A DNA stretch of 64,000 bases from the NCBI GenBank assembly GCA_043228905.1, contig JBHGNT010000011.1, forward strand, positions 1,302,001 to 1,366,000, in the 5' to 3' direction. A program made the translations under genes and the position numbers. This document shows positions 1 to 11,548 of the stretch, one piece after another. Numbering within the stretch: the stretch's first letter is position 1; the number at the start of each line of letters is the position of its first letter. The notes under the pieces were generated by a model that worked only from the letters and a program-made list of their open reading frames with translations, made no database searches and was not told the origin of the DNA. This DNA is from Azolla caroliniana (taxonomy: Eukaryota > Plantae > Polypodiophyta).

Positions 1-999
1 AAAATAAAAAACCTTAATAAGAAACCCTAATCAGAAATCAACTGCTTAAAGTAATCAAAAACTCTAATATGAAATATGTATTAAATCAACCCTAATCAGA
101 TTTTTTGTCAATTAGAAACACACCTGCTGCAACACCCCAATCTTCGAGACATCCTTGTCTGGGACTCCAACGACTTCACCCTAATCGTTTTTTATAAAAA
201 ATGAATAGGCAAGACACTTACAATTATCAAAAAGGAAAAAATTAACAATAATTTAATGCATGTAATGTGTAACTGATACATACCTGGACGAGGATCGAAA
301 TGGTGGTGTGTTGGTGATTTGAAGGTGCAATCTCGATATCAGAGTTTGTGTGCCACTATGGGAGTTTCGTCTGCTTGACTTGGTACACACACTCTCCCAT
401 GGAGGCCTACCTAGTACTACAAAGCCTTGCCCTTTCCTGGCCGAAAACCCCACCCATGATTTCCATGCCGAGCCTACCTAAATAAGAGTACGTGACCTTC
501 GTGCTCAGAGTACTCCATCTGTTTCGATCTTGAACTCAAACTCAGGATTAGCTGGACTTTAATGACATTCAAGTCGAGTTTAGATGAGGGAACTATTCCC
601 CAGGTTCCACTACGTTAGAAACCAAAGTTCAAAATTTTGAGTATTCCCATAAATGACCTATTCACCATAATAAATGACATGTAATAAAGCAAACTTTTGA
701 GTAATAAAGCAAAAACATTTCATGAATGATCCAAGTATGATTTCCCCATGAAAAATTAGTTAAACAAATAGCTAAATAGCTATGGCCATTTTATCAACTA
801 ATTAATTATAATAGTGTTTCCATTGCCATGCTTTTACCCATATGTAAATAAATTTATAATAAGGAAAAGTGAATGGCCTAGTGGTTAGTAGGGCCTGTCA
901 TAAGTAGGGCCTCAATGACATATTGGTTATGTGTACTACCGTAAGTAGGGCCTCTACCTAGAAGCCATTCGATAGTCCAAAGTGTTGGAGCATAGCTAC

Positions 1000-2631
1000 A
1001 ATTCGTTCCTGAATTGTCTGATTCATCCTTTCGGCAAATTCTGTTTTGCTCCGGACTATGGGTGGGGTGTTGTATATTCACTTCAGATGTTGCACTACCA
1101 ACAAAATCTGACAAATTCTTTAGACTTAAACTCTCCATCGTTGTCAGTTTGAAGGCATTTCAACTTTCGGCCGAACAAGTTCTCTACCATGGCGAGCCAT
1201 TGGGAAAAGATTGAGAACACTCGATCTTTGGTTCTGATAGGGTATGTCCACACCTTTCGATTTGAATCGTCGATGAAGTTGACGAAGTAGGAGGCTCCAC
1301 CAAGTGGCTGAAGTGGCATTGGGCCATAGACGTCTAAATGGACCAAATCGAGCAGACTCGATTCTGTTGGTGTTGTCGTGGGGTGTGAAGCGGCTGTCCG
1401 TTTGCCACATGGGCAATGCTCACAAAATTGACTATCCATAAAGGAGTGTTTGGGGATGTATTCAGCTCTACATAAATGCGTGATGTTGGCCTTGCTAAGG
1501 TGTTTGAGTCATCCTGCCATAACGATGACAGGGGGAATATCGACTAGAAACAAGTCACCCTCTCTGAGTGGGTCATATAGTGGGTACAGGGAATGTACTT
1601 TCAAACCTTGAGCAAGTAGGAGATTACCTCTATGGAGTGTCCACCCTCCTTATGAGAAGCGGGCACGGATTCCTTCTCCATCGAGTTGTCCAGCCGAGAT
1701 CAACGGACATTATGTAGTACCAATGTGGAGTCACCCGGAAGGTTAAGCACTATTGTGCCGATTCTGATTATAGCACAATGCTGTGAATTTCCGACTCGAA
1801 CTAAGGCGGAATGTTGGGTTGAATATTGTTGAAATTGGGATCGATGAGGAGTCACGTGGTAGGATGTACCCGAATCCAAGAGCCATGTGCTCGATTTCTC
1901 AGTCTTAAGCAGAACTTCTGATTAAACTGAGTGTTCTATGAACAAAATATTTGGGTCCACTGTCAGTACTTCGGCTGAAGAGCCGATGTAGTTGACCTCC
2001 TCATGTCGGCCACCCTTTTTATTAGCTCGCTGAGCTTTATCATTCTTGTCTTTGTGGGCACAACAATCGACCATGATATGTCTAGGTTTCTTGTAATAGT
2101 TGCAAGTTCGATTATCCCTGGACTTGCTCTGGCTTCGTTAATTTGTCAGCGGTCAGAAAGAACTTCTCCCTCAATTGTTCAGTCGGTCGGCCAAACTTTG
2201 TACTATGTAGGCGTCGCTGGCAAATCCTTTGCAAACGATTTCCTCAAAGCTACTTCAGTTAAGATTGAGCTTGTGACTTCGGAGTACTTTACTGCAGCAA
2301 TTGACACATTGCACACAGTTGTGACGAAAGTTTCCCATGAAGCGGGAACTACTCATTAGCAACATCCTTTTAATTCGTCTTCAATTGTCATCCCCTGAGC
2401 CGAAATTTCGGAGCAACATCGCAACCGAATGGTGGCACAGACAATTCTGTTTAACTTCGACCATTTCATTCGACTTGTATCCTTCTGGAGCATTTTCAGT
2501 CTCGATTGGTCGATCTGACCCTTGACTATCAGATAGTCTTGCATCTGCACCTTCCAGAAGTAGAAGCTCGATCCGTCGAACTTCCTTAGACTCATCTCTG
2601 ATGAGTTAGATGTTGATGTCATTTGTGTCAA
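1000..2631 (-). pseudogene. Degenerate Ty1/Copia gag-protease-integrase remnant
   Basis: Gag N-terminus KFDGSSFYFWKVQMQDYL (2356-2631); protease WLLDSGTS near 1860-1890; integrase LDLVHLDVYGP..YFVNFIDD..KCLQTDNDGEF (1095-1439); many stops and frameshifts; no LTRs found. Confidence 0.85.
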
Positions 2632-3448
2632 CTAGTAAGCGTTGTTTTGAGCTAGTTATGAATGGTAGGAGGGTGCAACTAGTTGGCTCACCTGAATTTG
2701 TTCTAACTAAATTTGAACACGAGCTGAATCAGCTTCAACTATCGGCGGGTTGAGTTCGGAGTGACTATAGCCAATCAGCGTAGCCAAATTGGGCCTGAAT
2801 TAGCCGATTGATTAATCAATTGGATTTGGAATGGTAGTTGGGTACTAAACTTTCTCGAAATAGCTATGGTGAGTGGAGGGACAGAGCCGACTGGTCTTCC
2901 CGAATATCACCTACCTGAATTGAGCACAGTTAACTGCCATTCCTATTCCGATTGTCAATTTAAAAGTGTCAATCACATATTATGTGCCATTTTCAAGGCC
3001 GATCCTTCTTCGGATGACTTCAACGATGAGAGGGACAGATTCAACTAGGCTTCCCGAATATTTTCTAGCCGAATGAAGCACGGATGGGGTTGTTCCTGGG
3101 ATCAAATCAGCTTTGGGTAGTTGTGACAAGCAGGTGGGCAATGCCGAATGTTCTGACTAATTACTATTTAACTTGGTGAAGCATGATTTATAGTCTGATC
3201 CATGGAGAGACCTTACTTTGAGTGGCTACAATCATGAGAGTGAAGTATAGCCGGATGGCCTGCTTCAGGAATGGTTTAACTCAGTGAAGTGCCAATTTTC
3301 CAAGTATTTCTTCTCAAGAAGAATGATCTTGTTGAAGTTGCAAGACGGGAGATTTCAGACCGACTAGAATCTCAGAGTTTGTTCTATCAAACAAAATCAG
3401 CCAGAAGACCTTCAAGAGATACCAAAGAGGAAGTATTGACGAGGACAA

Positions 3449-4127
3449 TGTTAGGAATATGTCCCTCCTATGGTAAGAGCCGACTGGTCGGACACAAAGA
3501 GCCGATAGTCGAAGACGAGGAATAGTCGACTTGTCGGGCCGAGAACTGACAATCGATGTCATAGAGAGTCGACAAGAAGAGTCAACTGCAGACGATCCAA
3601 GTCGAAGACAAGACCGACTAGTCGAACCAACTCAACAGTTGACACTAGAGTTGGATGATCGAATCGACTAGTCGATTAGTCGGCTAATCAACTATTATTA
3701 TTAGTATAATAATAGAAGTGAGAGTAGTAGGAACTACATTTGTAAATAACACATAAGGTGTATAAGTATAAATACACTTAGGGAAAACTTTAGATGAGAA
3801 TAGAGTAATATAGAATATAGTGAAGTGTTGTAGAGAAGTGGTGTGGGGTTAGACTGAGAGTGACTAAGAGAACAACGCCATAGTTGTCTGAGCTTTGACG
3901 CCAAGAGCCTTGTGTGGCTTATACACTCGGTGTTGAGAGAGTGTTTGTTGTATATTGTCTTTGTTGCATTCCCCATTGTATAGTGGATCTCTGTTCCCAT
4001 GGTTTTTTTTGTTTAAGGTTTCCACGTTAAACACTGTGTACTATGCATTTGTTGTTTTCTATTTTCCCCATACTTGTGTATTTCCTAGTTAGTCTTTCTT
4101 GCGAATCATAGGGATAGAATCCCAATA
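3449..4127. mobile_element. Solo LTR (~680 bp) with 5-bp TSD
   Basis: Starts TGTTAGGAAT and ends ATCCCAATA (imperfect terminal inverted repeat); flanked by GACAA at 3444-3448 and 4128-4132; non-coding. Confidence 0.7.
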
Positions 4128-4419
4128 GACAAGAAGATGGTCGACTGTAGAATCAAAAGAACCAAGCATTGATACTAGATGTTGGAAGCGGTCGTCAAGA
4201 TGCAAAACAAAACCAACACTTCTGCTGTGAAGAACTTTGATTGATGATAACAAGGTCATGAAGAACAAAGTTACAAGAATCGGTGGAGGCTACAGTAGCA
4301 AGAAGCAAGATCAAGGGAGCAAGTGCAAAGAGAGAAGGCAAGAGCTAGGCATAAGACAATGTAATTGTATTATTACTCTTAAAGTTAAAACGGCAACAAC
4401 AACATCAACAAAACGAAAG

Positions 4420-4980
4420 ACTAGGTTACAAGAGTAAGTTTAAATACCAACCAACTTAGGGCAATTTCCCTTTGCACTATTTACATAAATTTCCTAGACC
4501 TAGTGTATCCAAATGGGACAATGTGAATACGTCCATTATGTATCCGTATTTGACATGGGGCAACTGCTTTGTTCAACAGGTTGTATTTGCATTGTTTGAT
4601 GGGATGTGCATGGGAATGGAAGATCGGGCAATGCATCCTCATTGTGCATTCCACTGCTGAATGGCTAGGATTCAGGCAAGTTGTGCATTGGATGAATTGT
4701 CTAAACCGAATCTCGTTGTCCTTTGGTAGGGCACAACGTAGTGATGCCATCCATAAGTTGTAGTTGGTCTAGGTGTTGTCCATTATGAGTACTCGGTCGA
4801 TGACCTACTCAAGCGACCTTTCCAAGAAATACAAGACAACCAGGTGTTGAATACGGGTGTATAATGGCCCTATTCACACTATTCCTTTGAACAAACTAGG
4901 TTTACGACAATTTTGTAATTATGTCAAAGGGAAATTGCCCTAGCCCAGTTAGTATCTTTAATTGGCTTTGTAACCTAGCT
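4420..4980. repeat. Segment bounded by ~70-bp imperfect inverted repeats, enclosing a CCHC zinc-knuckle fragment
   Basis: ctaggttacaa..tagggcaatttccctttg (4422-4475) versus caaagggaaattgcccta..ttgtaacctag (4926-4978); internal minus ORF 4481-4750 contains CTTCLNPSHSAVEC. Confidence 0.5.
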
Positions 4981-4990
4981 CATAAGGAGT

Positions 4991-5358
4991 TGTTGAGATA
5001 CAAGCTCAACATTGGGGACGTAAATCAATGCGTAAAACGGGAGGCCGTTGGATAGATACTCCGTGGAGGAATATATTTTTGGGAATTAGTGTAGGGGCTC
5101 ATTGATGAGCATTGAAGTACGAATCAGTACTTTTGTCAGTCCATATGGACTTGTATAAAAGTGCTCTCTGAGCACATCCTATATACAGAGTTTTAGAGTA
5201 TTGTTTTGGAATAGAATTTTCTGTGTGTTTTGCTCTCTTTGTCTCTCCCACGTACGCTGTGTTGATTAAGCTTTCCATTAAACCTTCCTCATCTTCCTTG
5301 TATTTTTTCTATAGTTATCTGGTTGTGTATGTTAAGCTTCTGCATGTATTCTTTTACT
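4991..5358 (+). repeat. Copia 5' LTR followed by tRNA-iMet PBS (5359-5370)
   Basis: Direct repeat of 51950-52353 apart from one ~35-bp indel; PBS abuts it. Confidence 0.9.
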
Positions 5359-5805
5359 TGGTATCAGAGCGCAAGGGTTGAGATCCTCTACTGCCAATAT
5401 TAGAGACATGTACTAAAGTAAGCATTCGATAAGGACAGATCTAGGTAGATAGAAAGAAAGGAGAGAGAAAAAGAAGGGTGCCGATCCACCCGACCACCCC
5501 CGAGCGAAGGGATCGAGACGGACTCGAGCCTCGATCGGCGTCCCATACCACCGTTGTGGTGTCGAGTCGTACCTAGTGCTGGCGCGCTCGCTACAAGAGT
5601 TGACCCACCACAAGACAGAGTCTCGACGTAGTCAACAAGATCCTCAAATGAGGGTAGCTAGGCCTCTTATTTATAGCGATACCCAAGGCGCCCAAGCAAG
5701 TTCACACTTGGCCTAATGGGTTGTCTCAATCCCGAGGATTAAAAGTAATCCTCCCCTTCTTTACACTCTCGTTTAACCCTCACACTTATCCATGTGTATA
5801 GAATA

Positions 5806-6549
5806 CTACGGTAAAATCTCACCACGGGATATTATATGGTCATGCCCGTAACATACTCCCCTCCCCCTCTTTAAAACATTGCACTCTTGCGATGGAAAGT
5901 TAGGGAAGTTAGTTCTGAGAATACTCTCGTGTTCCCATGTGGCATCTTTTATTGATTTATCCATCCATTTTATTTTAAATTCTCTCATTTCTTTAGTACA
6001 TAATTTTTTTGTTTTAACATCGAGAATTCTTTCTGGTACATGTGGTTTAGAAGATACATCTTCAGAAGTAACCAGAGTTTCAGTTGTAAATGTATTGTCA
6101 CCAGAACCTAGAAGTTCTTTTAGACGACTCACAAGAAAAACTAGATGAATTCCAACACCATCGGGAAGAGCGAGACGATAGGCAGATGACCCAATCCGTT
6201 TGAGGATTGTAAAAGGTCCACAAAACCGTGGGGCTAACTTAGCGCACTTACGCGTAGACAATGTCTTAGAATTGTGAGATACACGTAAAATTACCTTCTG
6301 TCCAAGGTTGAATACACGAGGTTGCCTATGATGATCGGCATAAAAACGCGCTCTATCTTGAGCTGTTTTTATATTATCTCGTGCAATATGCAACATATCT
6401 TGCATATCCCGAAGAAAGTTTTGCGTACTTCGCAACTCATCATGATGTATATTAACATCAATCGGGGCTCGTGGCTGAAAACCATACATCAACACAAAAG
6501 GACTATATCCTGTCGACGTATGCTTGAACCTGTCATAAGCAAACTCCAA
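5806..6549 (-). pseudogene. A1 integrase C-terminus with GPF motif and chromodomain
   Basis: KLAPRFCGPFTILKRIG..AYRLALP followed by PERILDVK..EFKIKW..DATWEHE. Confidence 0.88.
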
Positions 6550-7427
6550 TATTGGAAAATAATGTTCCCATTTTGTTGGTTTTGCAACAACATATGCTCA
6601 AAGCATGTCCTCAAAAATTTAATTTACTCGATCTATTTGTCCATCGGATTGAGGATGATCCGTGGAGCTCATGCTCAACGTTGTCGTGCCTTTCGGCTCC
6701 GGATCGTTGCGTGAGTCGGGTGGGAACCGCTGGGGTTTTGGACTAGGAAGAGGAGAGTTTTAAGGCTAATAAGAATATAAATATGTTGTAAGAAAGAGTT
6801 ATAGCAAACTCGTGAATCCCACGAGTGTATTGTATTAGATTAATCAATATGAATATAAGAATATAAACTTCGGTTGAAAGAGAATGATATAGAATTCTCG
6901 TGAATCCCACGAGTATAGTTTATTAATTGGTGTTTTTTAGAAACATATCCAGTTTCCAAATATTTCACACGCCTATTACATTGTGCTCCCCATCCTTATG
7001 TAGTGATGGGAGAGACTAAGCATAACTACATGCTTTTTCTAATATGTTCATGCACACTAAATATACATGTGATGCTTTTCTAATCCTTGCTTTTATTTGC
7101 TAAATATAGTGCTCATGCACGCTAGATGTGCATGAGTCACTTTTTAGTTGCTTGCGTTTTTCTATAAAATATTCACGCACTCTAAAAATGCACGATTTAC
7201 CTTTTAATAAAGGTAGGTGCAAATAAAGCACTTATAGTTATTAAATCTATTTATAAAACACTAAAGATAAGGTAGCATAATGGTAAAGTTGAGGTTTGGC
7301 TACGTGGAGGTACAAGGTTCAAATCTTGCCCTATGCATGTGATAAATATCTTGATATTCTTATTTTATTTATTGGTGATAAATATCTTAATATTCTTATT
7401 TTATTTATTTATATGTAATTAAATCGG

Positions 7428-9494
7428 TTATATTATTTTTACTTTTTCACGTAGTGTACGAAATACACTACGACACTCGCCCCCTCCGAACCCGCACATC
7501 CTCCGGTATGTGCCGAAGTTGCCGATGCTCGTTGTCTCCCCTTCATCCTCCGTTTGTCCCGCTATGTCCACTTTGTCTCTCCATTTTGAGTAGACCCATT
7601 CTTTCCACCCGAACCATTGTTGCCATCCGATCCACCATATTCTTTGTTCATTCGTGGTAGTGTCTTTTACTGGGCTCTTTCTTGTCTTCATCAACCTTGA
7701 CTTTTTTCCGGATCGCTCTCGTCCGATCAACTTTCGGTTTGATCGGCTTCCGATCGGATTCGTATTCGGCCGAATCGGAATCGGTTGTTCGGTTTTGATT
7801 GAGTCGGTCTCCTTCCGCCCCGGTTTCGATCTATCGGTTTCGGTTTCGGTTGGCTTTCTTTTCCTCGTTTTCACCAGCCTCGACCGGTCCAACCTCCGGT
7901 TGAGTCGAATTAGCTTCTTTTCGGATCGGTCTCGTCCGATCGGCTTTCGGCTAGGTCGGCTTCCATCCATATTCGCGTTCGGCCAAGTCAGACTCGGTCG
8001 ATCGGTTTTGACCGAGTCGACCCCTTTTCGGGTCGGCTTTCTTTCGGGTCGTCTTTCGGCCGAATCCTCATTCGCCCGGTTCGGCTTTCGTTTGTGTCGT
8101 CTTTCGGCCGAATTCTCTTCCTTTCGGTTCGGCTTTCTTTCGGGTCGACTTTCGGTCGAATCCTCTTTTACCCGGTTCGGCTTTCTTTCGGATCGGAATC
8201 CCGTCCGGATCACCTTCCATCCTAACTGGCTTCCGACTTTACCTTTCTTGCCGCCACCTCCCGTCTCTCCGGTCTCACGTTGCTTCTCAGACACAACCGC
8301 CGAAGTCTCTAGGATTAGTGGGTAGGAATCCTCGGTATTATCATCCTCCGTTGTTTCACCCATAGCCATATTCTCGGCTATCTCTCCGTCATACGCATCA
8401 GCTTCAACCTTTGATTTCTTTCCGCCACCTTCCGTCTCTTCGGTCTCACGTTGCCTTTCGAACGCAACCGCCGGAGTCTCTGGAATTAGTGGTGGGGAAG
8501 TCTCGATATGGCCATCCGTCGTTGATTCGTCCATAGCCACCTTCAATTCGATGTCATCTTTCGTGGTAACCTCCTCAATCAAGTCCTCTTTGCTCTCTTT
8601 CACTGCATCAATTATGCAAACATCAATTATGCTTACCCCTTTTTCACCCGATGTTTCGGACACTTGTATTCCGAAATCTTCTTCTACACTTGGGTTATCG
8701 GCCTTATCCTTTGTCGTTGTTCTTTCGCAAGACAAGAGGGTAGCTTGTTTTACACCCTCTTCCGTCGGACCATCATGTTGTATTTCGGCCTTCATATCGG
8801 CTCCATCGTTTGTCTTCAATCGACCATCCTTCATCGGCCATGTCGTTGACAAGATTCTCATCTTCCTCTCATCATGTCTCCGGCATACCCTTTGGACTTC
8901 GGCCCAATCTTCGGTAAGACCATTCGTACCTTCATCGTCTTCGAGTTCGATCCCGATGTCCATCCTTTCTTTTCGATCGATCGATTTTACGAACATTAGG
9001 ACTTTATCTTCTCCCACCAATCGTTGTTCCCGCTCCGAGAGTCGAGCAAAACGATGCTCGAACTCTAGGAATGCTTGTGTTGCACTTCGGTGGGTCTTCT
9101 CCGATGCCACCCATTCGTCAAACTTGCGTCGATCTCGTCCCTTCGATCTCTCATAGTCATATGCCTCTCGTAAAGCTTCTTCAAAGGACCCCCATGTTGG
9201 ATTTTGTTGCCGTATCTTGTAGATTCTTTCTTGTAACTCATCCGTGGCTACCCGACTGAAGGATATCACTTGCAATCCTTCCGATATCCCACATCGCATC
9301 ATCTCCCCTTTGTAGTCACGTAGATAGCGTGACACATCATTTCCGTTGAATTCCCCATTTCGTCGCACAAGCCGCTCTACTGCCGCCTTCATCTCCGTCA
9401 TCGCGCGTTGTTCTTGTTGCATCCGCTCAATCATCATCATCACCATATTCATCGCTTCTTGTTGATTCTCCATCTCCTTACCACCCCTCTTCAC
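7428..9494 (-). CDS. gag: Gag-like protein (688 aa) with acidic middle and R/K/P-rich repeat tail
   Basis: Intact ORF; N-terminal ~200 aa aligns by eye with gag of element C (FNGNDVSRYLRDY vs FSGKDATKYLASY; VLMFVKSID vs VLLFVKSVD); runs into the 3' LTR. Confidence 0.8.
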   Translation of the reverse strand: MKRGGKEMENQQEAMNMVMMMIERMQQEQRAMTEMKAAVERLVRRNGEFNGNDVSRYLRDYKGEMMRCGISEGLQVISFSRVATDELQERIYKIRQQNPTWGSFEEALREAYDYERSKGRDRRKFDEWVASEKTHRSATQAFLEFEHRFARLSEREQRLVGEDKVLMFVKSIDRKERMDIGIELEDDEGTNGLTEDWAEVQRVCRRHDERKMRILSTTWPMKDGRLKTNDGADMKAEIQHDGPTEEGVKQATLLSCERTTTKDKADNPSVEEDFGIQVSETSGEKGVSIIDVCIIDAVKESKEDLIEEVTTKDDIELKVAMDESTTDGHIETSPPLIPETPAVAFERQRETEETEGGGKKSKVEADAYDGEIAENMAMGETTEDDNTEDSYPLILETSAVVSEKQRETGETGGGGKKGKVGSQLGWKVIRTGFRSERKPNRVKEDSTESRPERKPNRKEENSAERRHKRKPNRANEDSAERRPERKPTRKGVDSVKTDRPSLTWPNANMDGSRPSRKPIGRDRSEKKLIRLNRRLDRSRLVKTRKRKPTETETDRSKPGRKETDSIKTEQPIPIRPNTNPIGSRSNRKLIGRERSGKKSRLMKTRKSPVKDTTTNEQRIWWIGWQQWFGWKEWVYSKWRDKVDIAGQTEDEGETTSIGNFGTYRRMCGFGGGECRSVFRTLREKVKII

Positions 9495-9507
9495 GTCGGG
9501 TTCACCA
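9490..9507 (-). promoter_or_regulatory. Primer-binding site complementary to tRNA-Trp
   Basis: Plus strand TTCACGTCGGGTTCACCA matches the 3' end of plant cytosolic tRNA-Trp as recalled; the same 18-mer occurs at 34097-34114. Confidence 0.8.
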
Positions 9508-11548
9508 ACTGTGTCGTGCCTTTCGGCTCCGGATCGTTGCGTGAGTCGGGTGGGAACCGCTGGGGTTTTGGACTAGGAAGAGGAGAGTTTTAAGGCTAAT
9601 AAGAATATAAATATGTTGTAAGAAAGAGTTATAGCAAACTCGTGAATCCCACGAGTGTATTGTATTAGATTAATCAATATGAATATAAGAATATAAACTT
9701 CGGTTGAAAGAGAATGATATAGAATTCTCGTGAATCCCACGAGTATAGTTTATTAATTGGTGTTTTTTAGAAACATATCCAGTTTCCAAATATTTCACAC
9801 GCCTATTACATTGTGCTCCCCATCCTTATGTAGTGATGGGAGAGACTAAGCATAACTACATGCTTTTTCTAATATGTTCATGCACACTAAATATGCATGT
9901 GATGCTTTTCTAATCCTTGCTTTTATTTGCTAAATATAGTGCTCATGCACGCTAGATGTGCATGAGTCACTTTTTAGTTGCTTGCGTTTTTCTATAAAAT
10001 ATTCACGCACTCTAAAAATGCACGATTTACCTTTTAATAAAGGTAGGTGCAAATAAAGCACTTATAGTTATTAAATCTATTTATAAAACACTAAAGATAA
10101 GGTAGCATAATGGTAAAGTTGAGGTTTGGCTACGTGGAGGTACAAGGTTCAAATCTTGCCCTATGCACGTGATAAATATCTTGATATTCTTATTTTATTT
10201 ATTGGTGATAAATATCTTAATATTCTTATTTTATTTATTTATATGTAATTAAATCGGTTATATTATTTTTACTTTTTCACGTAGTGTACGAAATACACTA
10301 CGACAACGTAGTTTGTAACTTCTTAAAGACTTGCGTCCAGAAGTCACTAGTAAATTTTGGATCTCAATCACTCACGATATCCATCGGTAACCCATAAAAA
10401 CGAAATAACTCGTCAACGAATTGGTAAACCAATTCAGGAGTTGTTACCGTGGTTTTAGTAGCAATAAATCTGGCCATTTTAGTTAGTCTATCAACCATAA
10501 CCCAGATGGCATCATGGCCTTTTTGGGTGCGAGGAAGGCTAACAATAAAATCCATGGATATACTTTCCCACTTATTGTTCGGAATGTCCAAGGGATGTAA
10601 AAGTCATGCGGCTTTAAGTCGCTCGGCTTTGTTAACTTGACATTGGTGACATTTAGTCACATAGCTATTTATGTCAGGGCGCATCTTAGGCCAATAAAAT
10701 TGAGTGGAGATGAGAACGAGTGCACAATGTATTCTAGGGTGCCCTGCTAAGGGTGCATCATGGCATTCAAAAATAATTCTCTTTTTGACCTCAGGCAAAT
10801 CTGGAACACAAACCTTCCCATTACGGTAGAGCAGACCGTTAGCAATGTGGAAGTATTCCTTCGAGGATGTGGTGGTGTCTGTTCCAGACTCAACTCTTGC
10901 CCAGTATTTTGCAAAATAATTGTCATATGGATACTTTCCTTGAAGGTGATCATAAAGATCTGATGTTATTTCAGTGAAGCTAAGCATGTTAACTTCACAG
11001 ATGCGACTTAGTGCATCAGCGACAGTATTCATGGAACCTTTACGATATCGTATGCAAAAATCAAAGTCCTGGATGAGATCAGCACATCGTGCCTTACGAC
11101 CTTCCAGGTCTTGTTGGTCACAAAAATATTTCAAGGACTCGTGGTGCATAGTTACCACAAAGCGATTTCCATAAAGATAATGGCACCATGTTTTGAGCGC
11201 ATGTATAACTGCAAATAATTCCTTTTCTTAAACGGTATACCGACATTGAGCAGAATCAAGTTTCTTACTCTCGAATGCTATTGGTTTACCATCATGATAT
11301 AAGACAACACCTATAGCATAATCGCTTGCATCAGTTTCAACCTCAAAAGGTTTTGAAGGATCGGGTAAAAGAAGTGAAGGAGCCTTGCAAACTAGGTCCT
11401 TGAGTTCCTTAAAGGCGAGGTCTAGTGTAGCATTCCACACAATAGGTTTTGTAGACTTACGCGTTTGACCTTGTAGAAGATCAGTAAACAACATCATCAA
11501 TTGGGAGTAATTATGAAGGGATTTTCACAAAAACCCGACAAAACCAAG

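Larger units (their letters stand above)
6682..10305 (-). mobile_element. Non-autonomous gag-only LTR retrotransposon B (young)
   Basis: 794-bp LTRs 6682-7475 and 9512-10305 (TGTCG...CGACA; only two substitutions seen by eye); 4-bp TSD ACGT; PBS 9490-9507; PPT next to 7475; no pol. Confidence 0.92.

Noticed and set aside
7654-9156. Plus-strand ORFs of 223 and 201 aa
   Set aside because: Antisense to the repetitive gag ORF; low complexity.
9490-9507. tRNA-Trp gene (also 34097-34114)
   Set aside because: Only the 3' 18 nt including CCA are present, adjacent to an LTR: a primer-binding site.
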